DNA of 64,000 nucleotides from assembly GCA_051294375.1 (NCBI GenBank), contig CM119263.1, positions 7,045,645-7,109,644 of the forward strand. The letters run 5' to 3'. The position numbers and the translations under genes are program-made. The notes below the pieces were generated by a model that worked only from the letters and a program-made list of their open reading frames with translations, searched no databases and was not told the origin of the DNA. This document shows positions 33,334 to 45,208 of the stretch, one piece after another. This DNA comes from Paraspadella gotoi (taxonomy: Eukaryota > Animalia > Chaetognatha). Within the stretch, counting starts at the first letter, position 1. Every line of letters starts with the position of its first letter.

Positions 33334-33403
33334 TAAGTAGACGTTGAAGATTCGTTGGTGCCATTTAGCGATTGTTTTAATCGGATAATTCGTCTGGTCT
33401 CAG

Positions 33404-33473
33404 TTTTCGTGCCATTGCTGTTGCCACTAATGTCAAGGACGGATTCGCAACGCCTTGCGGCTCTTGTCGACAG
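33404..33473 (+). CDS. CDA: Cytidine deaminase exon 3
   Basis: Acceptor tctcag, donor gtacac. Translation FRAIAVATNVKDGFATPCGSCRQ contains the PCGxCRQ Zn-binding motif. The preceding intron is 71 nt. Confidence 0.95.
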
Positions 33474-33494
33474 GTACACGGCAGATATTTTGGA

Positions 33495-33592
33495 TTTCCT
33501 TTCCTTTCCTTTCCTTTCCTTTCCTTTCCTTTCCTTTCCTTTCCTTTCCTTTCCTTTCCTTTCCTTTCCTTTCCTTTCCTTTCCTTTCCTTT
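33495..33592. repeat. (TTTCC)n microsatellite in CDA intron 3
   Basis: Directly visible. Confidence 0.97.
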
Positions 33593-33618
33593 TTATTTGC
33601 TTCTCCCTCGACCCTCAG

Positions 33619-33789
33619 TTCCTGGCGGAGTTCGGTCTCGACTGCACAGTCTACCTCGTCAACTCTTCGACGATGCTGCACGAGACCCGCACTGTGGGCT
33701 CGCTGCTACCGGGCGCCTTCACTCCGGAAGTGCTCGTCAAAGGAATGGCTGAGGATAAGAGTGCCAAGGAAGCGGCCGGTGGAGACTAG
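33619..33789 (+). CDS. CDA: Cytidine deaminase exon 4 (terminal)
   Basis: Acceptor ccctcag. Translation FLAEFGLDCTVYLVNSSTMLHETRTVGSLLPGAFTPEVLVKGMAEDKSAKEAAGGD* contains the conserved EFG and LLPxxF motifs. The total CDS is 483 nt (160 aa) and all splice phases are consistent. Confidence 0.93.
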   Translation, partial: FLAEFGLDCTVYLVNSSTMLHETRTVGSLLPGAFTPEVLVKGMAEDKSAKEAAGGD

Positions 33790-34478
33790 TCGCGGAGTAG
33801 AGAGAGGAAAGGGGGCAAGGGGGCAAAGGGTTTTTCGGCTTGCGAGTGGGGGGAGGTAACTGAGAACGGGTTCCAATCTCTTTTTTTTTATTCCAGCCTT
33901 CTTGTTGCTTTTTTCATTATGAAAATTAAAAATTTATTTAATTTTTGTTATTTATAATTTTATTATTGTAGCCAAGAATATAGTTCGGAGTTCAGACGTT
34001 TAGCGTCAATTTCAGTCTAGTTATTTTATAATGAAAACTAAATTCTTTATCGTCTGTCTCACTCACTCCGGATATATACCTTTTTACAATAGAGTTAACA
34101 TTTATTTCGAATTTTTTTCAATAACTACTATTGTCGCAGGAAATGGAACACTTAATTGATCCGAAAGACCAAATGGTTTTCCTATCTTGGCCTTTTTATC
34201 TTTAGAGAAACTGACGGAAGAGAGAGAAAAGAGGTAACGATGTCAGTTTTCTACTTAACATCAATTCTCAAGTTGTAAAACTTGTATTTATTATACTTAC
34301 TGTATTTTAAATTTAGTTTATTGTTTACTTAAAACCTCCGTCCGTCCGTCAGCCCCCGACTCATCAAAAAATCCTGAGTGGCAGGGTTCGAGGATTCCGT
34401 CTCATGTGCCATTGAATTTCTTTGGTCAATTGATAAATTATGTTTGAAACTTTTCGTAGATTAAGAAATTCGCTGGAG

Positions 34479-34750
34479 GCGCCATCTTTGAATTTAGGAA
34501 AGTAGTTCTAAGCTTTGACTTTAAAAAAGAAAGGCCCAAATCTGAGACGAGGTGGAATTTCCTAATGTCTTTTTCTTCGAATGTTTTGCAAATAATAAAT
34601 GCGTCTGTTTCTTTCGGTTTTTCGGAAAACAGCGCCCCCTTTTCCTTGGAAGACGCCGCGAGCGCCGTAAACCTGCGACGAAAACGAGGGAAACCGACGC
34701 CGGCAACAGAAACGGCCGGCGTCATTGAGCGCCGGCGCCATCTGTTGTCG
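34479..34750. promoter_or_regulatory. Three co-oriented CTCF/YY1-like motifs
   Basis: gcgccatcttt (34479), agcgccccct (34631) and ggcgccatctgttgtcg (34734) in a CpG-rich patch. Motif resemblance only. Confidence 0.3.
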
Positions 34751-35333
34751 AAGTCTGAACCAAAACGACGCCGAAAATGGTCATAACAACTTGACGGTAT
34801 TCAACGATGGAACTTTTGGGCTGAGGGAGGCGACGGAGGCATGTGGCAACGTCGTCTTTGTTGTTGACAGAAAAGACACTTCTGTTTACAATTTACGGAA
34901 AAAATTGTAATTTCAAAAAAGAGAGAGGGAAGCTCGAAAAGATAGAAAGTGATATTGATGAAGAAAATACGAAGCATTTTGTCTGAGAAAAAGAGCTAAT
35001 TGATTTTTATTTTCGAAAATTGCGAACCTCGAACATGGAACCTCTGTGCCAAACCAAACCGCCGAACGCATTTGAGCAAAGGCGAATGCTATGGCTGGGC
35101 CAGCAGCCAAGGCTGTCCTCGCAGCGGCTGCTGTTACAATTGCTGCGAAGGAGGAAAGAAGGAAGAGAAAAATCGTCGCAAAGTTCGAATCCATAAAAAC
35201 TGCGAATGTTTTTGGGCCCAATGGAATATCCGCGAAACGTCCGACGAAAACTAGGAATGAGAAAAAAAGGGAAGATGAAAAAAGTTCCGAAAAATAAATG
35301 AAACAGAAAATTATTTCGTGGAGAGAGAAAGGA

Positions 35334-35364
<31 letters not shown>

Positions 35365-36287
35365 AGAGGAGAGAGAGAGAGAGGAGAGAGAAGAGAGGAG
35401 AGAGAGAAATAACTTAATGAAACAAAAGAAAAAAAAAAGAAAGCCAATATTTCGGAAAGAATCAAAACAGACAAAAAGGAAGAAAATATTTTTAGAGGAA
35501 AATCAAAGAAAAGGAACAACATTGCGAGCGGATTTGCCCATCAGACTTCAAAAACGAGTTATAAGACTAATAAGTATCTTTTCAATAATCGTTTGAAAAC
35601 AAAAAATATCAGTACCAAATCGTCCAATATTATTTCATGTCAAGAGTAAAGGCTGTTTGTGCGTTGTCATTAAAATTGAAATGAAATTAAGCATCGTAAA
35701 GAAAAAAAAAACTAAGTAGCTCAAAACTAGCATTAGAAACGTTGATTCGTCAGAAACTAACTGGCAGACTGATCAACTGTTGTAGATTTTTAATTCCGTG
35801 CAAAAATTAAGAGAAAGTCTTACCTGTTGTTTGCGACGAGAGAATTAAGGAAAAAAAGGGAAAAAAAGGGGAAAAAAGAAAAAAATGCTTGATTATAAAA
35901 AAAATAGAGATATCTTTGAAAGGCAGAAAATTATGAAAAAAAGTGAAAAGATAAGAAAATTTTCGTAAGAAAGAAATCAGCAGATAAGTCTATGATAAAG
36001 TGAAAAAGTAAATGAATTTACAAAGAAATAAAGAAAAACTTTTGGAAGAAGGAAAAAAGTAAGTAGATGATGAAGAAGTTAGAGACTAAAGCAAAAAAAT
36101 GAAGCAAAACAAAATTGGATTGAGAGATGAAGATGACGACAACAAAAACGACGACGACTACGATAATGATGATGATGATGATGATGATGAATTAATGATG
36201 ATGATGATGTTGATGATGTCGAAAAATGATTTGATGATGTGATGAAGAAAACGAAATGAGAAAAAGGAACTCGACATAAAACCATCA

Positions 36288-36331
<44 letters not shown>

Positions 36332-37212
36332 GGCAGAAACCTTTCGTTCTCCGCTCGTTTATTTCCCGATTTTTTCTTCATTTTACCTCGTTAGCCTTTT
36401 TTTTTTCGTCCCGTTAATTGTTCCTCTTTTTCTCTGAGTATCTCTTCTTTCTTTTCTCTTCTTTCTTTTCTCTTCTTTCTTTTTTCTTCCTTCTTTTCAG
36501 TTCTTTCTTTTTTCTCTTCCTCTAGAGCCAAAAAAAAAGGTTTTTCCTTGGAAGGATAAACGTTTGGCGAGTAGGCGGGCAAAGATTAAGGCTTGGTGCA
36601 AAATCAGTTTTCCATTTTAACCTCTTTATTTGTTGCACGATTATTTTTTCGTTCTTTTCACAAAATGTATCATATCATAACTAAAAAAAACAAACTATTT
36701 CCGTAAATTAACAAAAATCGGTAGGTTCATGGTTCAGTGTAATCGCATGCACAGAGTAGTTTTAATTAAAACAAAAACATCAGCGCTGTATCCCACATCG
36801 ATTTTAATCGGTAGATTAATAAAAACGAAGATAGAAAAATATTGACAGAAAATGTTTCCGTAAAAATCGATGAGCGACAGCGAAGGAAGTCTCGAGGCCA
36901 AAGCAGAATCGCGTCGCTTATGCCTTCTCATGCGTCGCAGCATCTTTTAAAATAATTCTAGTAAATCAATTCAAAAATTAAATAGTTAATTGTTTTACTA
37001 ACTGTCAAAAAAACCGAGAAAATAAACCCTTTAATTAATTTTTCTAACATGTTTTTATTAATTAATATTTTTAATCAAATATTAATTGTCATTGCATCCT
37101 TGAACTTATTTTTTTAATTTCTTCCCGCGATCGATTTTTGTTCTTCCGATGGAATATCGAGTCTTCTTGTTTTATGCCATCGAGGTTATGGACTGAGGGA
37201 AGGTCGAAACAT

Positions 37213-37321
<109 letters not shown>

Positions 37322-38623
37322 TTTGATTTGTACAACAACTCTCATGAAAGGTGAGAGGGTTGGAGGCCAACAGAGGCCAACAAAGACCAAAGGGGCCACA
37401 GAGGCCGCTGCGTGACGAGAGGTGGTGGACGGGGTTGGCTCGAGGGATTGGAGAATCTGTGGGGATGACAATGTTCAGGGTGTTTTCTCATTCCATCGGA
37501 GCAAAATGGGTTCAGGGATTGAATAAGAATTAAGGGAAAAGAGTAGGGAAAGGTTTTTCTTCAAAGGTGAGGTCAACATCGGTTGTCCTCGCCTCACCTC
37601 ACCCATTTGCGACGATCCTGGCTCTCGTCACTTCCGGGGGGGGGGAAGGGAAGTGAGTTGACACGGTGAGAAAGAGGAAAAGATGAGGAAAGTAAAGAAA
37701 GGAAAAGCCAACCAGAGAAGGAAAGGATTAAAAAATGGTGGACTGTAGAATAAAAAAAGGGAAACGATAGAGAAAGAAAGTGAAAAGTGATAAATGAAAG
37801 AAAAGGGAATTGACAAAAATAAATAAAAGAAAAGAAACAGAAGAGAAAATGAGATGAAAGAGAAGAACAAAAAGAAAAGAATTAAAATGGAATAGAAAAG
37901 TAATGTAGATCGAATAAAGAAAAATAAAGGAAAAGAAAAAAAGAATGGAAAAATAGATCGAAAAGGAAAAAAAAAAGAGAGAAGAAAAGAAAAGAAAACG
38001 AAAAGAAAGGTAGGTCGAATAAAGAAAAGAAATGAGGCTCTAATTCGGAGCAAATGAGATTCTCTCCCTTCGGCTCTTCGCTGCGGGCGACGAAAATTCC
38101 ATGGTTGACCCGGTTATATGGGAGAAGGGGCTATGGGACGCAATGGCCAATGGCTCTGCTGTCATAGGCGTGCGGCATGGTTCCGTGTGCGCAGCTTGTG
38201 CGCTGGCCATTGTGCCTGATACATTGGCCTTGGTGCCAAATGTGTGAGCCTTGTTGACATAGCCATAGTACGAAGGTGCAAGACTGCCAGAGGCAATGGC
38301 CAATTGGCCATTGGAGGTCTGGAGAGAAAGGGAAGTTAATGGCGCAAGAAAAATAGGAACGCCATTTGACGGAACCGGGACGTAGAGCTGTGGATTAATG
38401 GTTATACTTATAGTTATAACTTATAGTGATTGACCTTTGCGATTGGATAAAAGTCGGGAAAAGAAAAAATAGAGAAAAATTCTCGATCTTTGATGCGCGA
38501 AATTAGAAATTGGAAAATAAATAAAAAGATAAGTAAAAAGTAAAGGGTCAGAGGTTGAAGTTACAGTGTCAGTCGAAACGAGTTGGCTGGAGATCTTCGT
38601 GCCAGTTTAAACCATGAACCGCT

Positions 38624-38800
38624 AGCCAGTCTTTCCGGTTCAAGACGCCACTTTACCAGACTTTCCGGTTCCAGACGCCAGTTTGCTAGTCTTTGCGGTT
38701 CAAGACGCCGTTTGCCAGTCTTTCCGGTTCCAGACGCCAGTTTGCCAGTCTTTCCGGTTCGAGACTTCGGTTGCCAGTGTTTTCGGTACTAGACGCCGTT
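38624..38800. repeat. Minisatellite, about 30-nt unit (gccagtctttccggttccagacgccagttt), about 6 copies
   Basis: Periodic ctttccggtt at 38631, 38661, 38691, 38720 and 38750. Confidence 0.9.
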
Positions 38801-38989
38801 TTGCGGGTCTCTACTCTGGATGAGAGTCTTATCCTCTTTGCCACAAAACTGATGGAATTCTAAAGAAAGAAAAAAGATCGTTGAACGGAATTCAAAGGTT
38901 AACTCAAGCTGAATGGTTTTTCAAGGTTAATTTCACTCGCTCTCTTTGTTTCTCTCTTTCTCTCTGCTCATCTCTCTCTCTCTCTCTGC

Positions 38990-39080
<91 letters not shown>

Positions 39081-39871
39081 ACCCCCTCCTACCCTTCAAA
39101 GAAGAAAGAAAATAAAGAAAAGTCTTTCTTTTTTCGATTCGGAAATCTGTTCTCGATTCTTTTTTTTTTTCTCCGTCGTTAAAAGCGCAGAATACGAAAT
39201 TAAGTATCTGTTACCATTTTCTGGCGAAAGAGGGACTCGACTGTGGGCGGAGTCGTGGGGTGGCGGTGGCGGTTTTGGGAGATAGTGGTGGTCGCGTGAA
39301 GGGTGGTGCCTGAAATAAGAAATGAGAAATCTTTTGCTTTGCTTTGACGCGATCCGCTTCGATAAAAAGCTACGTGCAAGCTTATATCAAAGCTTGCGTG
39401 CACGCTTATTTCATAGCGTGCGTGCACGTATTGGGACACGCGTCTTGGCAAGACATCCGATAAGACCGGGGGTTGCGTTGGTGGACTGGTGGTCATAATA
39501 AGCAAATTTAGGGATTTTCGAAGTGATTGACAGTGAGTCACATGGGCGAAAAAGCGCCGAAGTGGTCCTAGTGCCGTATTGGTTTTTTTCTGGGGCCGTT
39601 TCGAGGCTGCTGCGCTAAGTGGTATTCGGCGTTTTACGCGGCTGCTAATGACACGCGAGGCTGTTGTGGTTTATTGAGCCGGGGTTGTTTATGGGGCTGT
39701 TGTTGTTGTTTACGGCCCGGTGGAGCGTCTTGCGCCGAGGTGGGCATTCGGCTGCCAAGTCTTCGACTGTTTGAAGCGCCATCTTTAGCGCGAAAGAGTA
39801 AAAAGCCTCTTTCTCTCTTTCTATCTCTCTCGCAGCCGTAAAAGGAAGTCGGGAGAAAAAAAGGGTGAGTT

Positions 39872-39981
<110 letters not shown>

Positions 39982-40591
39982 GGCAGAGGGGAGGGAGATA
40001 AAATGAGAAGACTGAGTCAGAGTGGAGAGGCGAGAGAAAAGAGAAGAGGAGGGGGAAAGGAAGTAAGAAGAAAGGGGAGGAAAAAGAAAATGAGCCCTGA
40101 TAGTAGATAGTAGATACAAATAGGGAGAGAAAATTACCGAGAGAGAAGAATGGAATAAAAGATTTACTAAGGAAAAAGAAAAAGGATAAACAGAATTGCT
40201 GAAATAGAGAGAAGAGAAATAGAATTTAACCGAAAACATTAAAATGAGAGTAAGAACGAGAGAAAATAGAAAATAATGTTAGTTTCTCAAAAGTTTTCTT
40301 GTCTTTTTCAAGATATGAGAAATGAAATTCGCTTATAAATCAAACGAATGGCGAATGCTTAGATTAGCGCGCGACTTCCTTCCTTATCCATTGACCCGTA
40401 ACGGCACCCCGGCGTCGAAACGCTCGAAGCACCAGTCCCAAGGAGTTCGCGACGCCGGCTTCAAGAAGTTCGCGGCGCCGAACGTAAGGTTGGGTGACGA
40501 CGCCGGAATCGGACGCCGATGTCGGGTCGAAGCTAGGCGCCTGAGCTGTGTGTGAGAGAGTGAGAGAGAGAGAGTTAGAGAGAAAGAGGAG

Positions 40592-40643
<52 letters not shown>

Positions 40644-40655
40644 GAGAGAGAGAGA

Positions 40656-40687
<32 letters not shown>

Positions 40688-41367
40688 AGAGAGAAGAGAG
40701 AGAGAATGGCCACGCGCTAGCCGGGGGCGCAGGGAACGCCGGTAGCGTCTCTGTCGGCGCCGGGCGTCATTTGTATTCAGCGGAGACAAAAGGCGTTTCT
40801 TCCACAATCGCCCAGAGAATTTCTACTGAAGAAGCTTCGACTCTCTGAAGTCCGAGTCCCGGAGGGTTCGACCCCAAGGACCGCCCCTCGGAGCCCAACA
40901 TCTAGGCCAATCACCATCAATGGCCAAATGCACATCCGGGGCCCAAAAACAACAATAATGATTTATGAACCTCTCTGTCCTTTTCTTGTATCAAATAAAC
41001 TAAATAATTTTTTTTTAATTGATTTTTTAATTGATTTTCATCTTCCCGCAATTTCTACCACTCCGATTTACTTTATTGGCACCCAATCGCTGCTAGGTTA
41101 ATTCCCTATATCCAGCTCCCCAATCCCCATGTCCTTAACTCACCCCTTAGCATCCTCGTACGAGCTTCACCCCTCTTCCTGATCCTCTTCCATCACCGTG
41201 CTATGCCCTGATTCAACATTATCCCCAAACCCGCCCCCTTCCCCCCCTAGACCACGTGGTCGTGCTTCAATCTTCATGCACCAAAGTCTTTTCCCGTTTC
41301 CCCTCCCTTCGCATTAGAGAGACGATTCGCCCTTTGATATCCGGACAACCCGCCCGAAGAATCTTCT

Positions 41368-41464
<97 letters not shown>

Positions 41465-44026
41465 CCTCTCTCTCCTCATCTTTCTTTTTCTCTTTTTTAG
41501 AAAGTAAATATTTAATAGCTTTTTTGTTGAAGGCGATTTATTCTTGTTCTTGTTCAAGTTCCTTTCTTTTTATTTTTGATGTTTCTTCTCTTTTGCTTGT
41601 TTACACTTTCGCAACTTTTATTTCTTTTTCACACTCAACAACAATATGTCTTGTAGCAATCACGTATTAACACATCACGCCAATGGGAAATTTGGCTTTC
41701 TCCGTATCTTTGCTTGTATGTATTGATGAACGTTAACCAGTAACCACCTCAGAAATCCTACAAACCTCACCGACCCACCTCCGTTCCGCATTTAAAAACG
41801 ACCTTACCCAAACCCCCCCCACTCCCGCCACCTCCCCACTCATCCTCGTAAGTCGTAACCCCATCTCCGTTTTCGCTTCGTCCGCCTTCTCTCTTAATCT
41901 CAGTTCATCCAAATCGCATAATTCGTTTTTCCAGCTTCAGTTTTTTTCTTTTACGCCCGATTACTTTTCTTTTACTCTTTCCTTTTCTAAATATAGTTTT
42001 TCTCTTTTATTCTTGTTGTTCTTCTTCTTCCTTTCAAACTTTCAAACTTTCGCATTTGAAACAATAAGAATTTACGACGAAGACGACGACGCGGCCCATT
42101 CACGACGACGACGACGACGACGACGACAAGTGACGATCGTTGATGCCACTCTTCGCTTCATCGGGATGCGCCATTGTTCCTCCGTCATTTGACGCACGAG
42201 GATCCGTCGTTAGAGCGAAAAGCGTCGAGCATAATTGATTCCTCCGGGGTGCTTGATTCCTCGGGGAGGGGAGGGTGCTTGATTCCTCGTGGGCATGCTT
42301 GATAACCCGTCTGCGCAAGCGTGCAACGCTGCAAACCACCCCTTGGAATCTTGTTCCGAATGAGCAAAGCGTCTTGACTTATTTCAACAAATAGCTGGGC
42401 CGAGACTTTCTCTTTATCGAAAGGAAATAATTAAAACTTTTAAATGAGCTCAACATTGAAAAGTTGTAAAAATGTATAGGATGTCCTTGAGATCAAAATT
42501 GATTCGGTTAAATGCCTAATTATGCACAGTATTTTTCCTATTTTAATTTTAAAAACTTTTCATAGCATTTCGAAGATTTAGATGTGTGACTTCGTCGAAA
42601 ACTATTTATAAAAATAAACAACATCCAGTTGAAAGTAGAAAGAAGAATCGTCGTTCGTTTTGCAACGATGCGTCTCGATCGAGTGAATACGAGGAGATTT
42701 TCTTTGCATAAACTTCGGACGAATTATTCGATATCGATATTCTTCGTTGTTGTTATCGTTGTCGTTGTTGTCGTCGTCGTTGTCGTTGTCGCGGCTGGAG
42801 TCGCTTCCGTTTTTTTTTCTGATAAATTCAGCTTAGCATGATATAAATACTTCGTTCCTTTGCGTTTTTGTTGTAATGGCTGTGAATTATTGAATCGTTG
42901 TATTTGCTAATGAAATAAGGAACGATCAATATAAAGATTATCCATTAATTTAATAAATATTAAATAAGCTGTCTTGTTCCTTTCTGGGTTAAGGCTTTCT
43001 TTTCTCTTACAAGATAACAACATAGAAGCTTTCAATTAAGACTTAATTTCATGTTATGACGATCAATGCTCATGGTAATTATTTTTGCCTATAGGCTTCA
43101 TGTCTTTTTTATAAGTCTTTAATTGTAGATTCTTTCATCCTTTGAATTTTTTTTTTTAAATTTTACATTTTACTTTTTTATTTTTAAATCCTTTGAGATT
43201 CAAAGCGATTCGTAATAGAGTTATGTCGTGCGTTGAGTGTGGATTGAGAGAGAGAAAGAGAGAGAAAGAAAGAGAGAAAGAGAGAGAGAGAGAGATAGTG
43301 AGAGTGAGAGAGAAAGAGAGAGAGAGATTCAAGTCCGATATAGTCTGTCTCGTGAGTGAGAAAGGATTTATGACATTTGATCTTTTGGTTTCACCTTTTG
43401 GTTTAACCTCTGCATCTTTTTTCCCGCCAAATTCGCTTCTCGTGGAAGAAATTTTTTTTCTTCTCAAATCTAGAAAATAGAAGACGACATTTTTCTTTCC
43501 TAAAAAAAACAAAAACAAAAAAAAACAACAACAACAAAAAAAACATTTTGTTTTCCAGATCAATTTTTTCTTTTGAACAAAATTTTCTTCAAAAACATAA
43601 ATTTACTCAAAATTGATTTTGACATCATGCGAATAAATTTAGAATCCTAAAAAATATTAAATCTTCTTGATAACGCATTTCAAACATTTCAATAGTAAGG
43701 AAAATAGAAAATGTAATAAATTGTAAAACAATATGAAAGTTAGAATAAAGTTAAGTTAAAATAAGAAATGCGACGAAATAGGTAAAGGAAAAAAAAAATT
43801 ATGGATCAAAGAAAACTTGAAACGAAAAAAAAACCTCATGTGGGAAATTTCACGGACCTCAGTAGGGGGCGTGGGGGGGAAGGCAGTCGGGGGGTGGAGC
43901 AGGGCGGGAGGAGGCAAGCCATGTGCGATTCTTTGTTGTTGAAAAACACAGAGTGTTTCCCTATTGTTGGTCACTGGTGAATTTGAAACTTGTGTTGGCC
44001 ATAAAAATTCAGGCGAAGTTCAGCCA

Positions 44027-45171
44027 GCGATTTTGTGCAAGGTGTTTTGGGGGAGGGGGGAAGGAGAAGGGGAGGAGGTGGAGGTGGGGGGGGAGAAAGG
44101 AGGTGAAATGTGAGATTAAAATGGGATGTGAGTTGAAAGAAGAAAAGAAAAAGGCGAGATAAGAATAGAAGAATTAAAGGACGAAAAAAAAAAATGACAG
44201 AGAAAATGAAAGAAAAAATAATCGAATAAGTATAAATGGATAAAGAAAATACCGTTAATATATTATGTATAAAGATTAAAGATAGAAGATAGAAACCAGA
44301 AACAAAACGTATATAAAACAAGTTTGAGCAAACAATGCCGGATCTGCCCACGATCATTAAGAAGCTGATCAGATAATTAAATAATTAATTAATTAATTAA
44401 TTAATTATTTAATATTAAGTTTTTTTTATTCGTATCAAAATCGTTTTCCACTTTGTCTCGCCTCNNNNNNNNNNNNNNNNNNNNNNNNNGAGAGAGGTAG
44501 ACGAGGAGAGAGAGAGAGAGAGAAACAGGAAGAGAAGAGGAAGAGAAGGAAGATATGAGAAACAGGAAAGATGAAACACATAATATTGCGAAATCGCTTG
44601 GCAATGCGTATTTTCAAAATTAATATAAAACAAAAATAAATAAAAAATGCATTCTTTGACGAGGCCAACAAACAGGAATCGTATTAACGAAGAAAATCAT
44701 GTTTTTATTCTTCCCATGTTTTCACGATCAACAAATTCGCCTCCGAGAAATTTTCGATTGCCTTTTTGTTTTTTTCTTTGTAGTCGGCCGACGTTTTGAT
44801 GACTCCTTCTGATCTACCCCCCCCCCCTTCTTTATCTCCCTTCCCTCTTCCCACGACCCTCCCCTTTCACTACTGTGGAAGTGGATGAATCCAGATTCTT
44901 CCACCCCACTCTCTTTTCTTATTCTCTTTTATATACATTATACACGTTATACAGTTTAATATACATACGTTCTACTTATCTTTTCATTCGTCTTCAACTT
45001 TTTCATCATTTAATGACACTTTCGTTTTGTGAATTTTCGTTCTCCTTCTTTTATATTATAATTCACTTGTCGCTCGTCATGCCGCCCCCCAATCTTGTCG
45101 GGCATTCACTTATATCATGTCAGACATCGAATAATGATAAATTATGAAAAAAAAATGTATTCCTTCCATCC

Positions 45172-45208
<37 letters not shown>

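Noticed and set aside
38131-38318. A FoxP-type zinc finger (GHCLWQSC versus GVCKWPGC)
   Set aside because: The downstream F..HL...H pattern and leucine zipper are absent, so the similarity is limited to C.W..C.
38624-38800. A CRISPR array (also considered for 59590-59672, 31207-31351 and 42235-42305)
   Set aside because: The units are contiguous tandem repeats without unique spacers, there are no cas genes, and the context is eukaryotic.
40322-40555. A coding exon in the CpG-rich patch
   Set aside because: Frames are open on both strands because of high GC, and I found no recognisable motif or partner exon.
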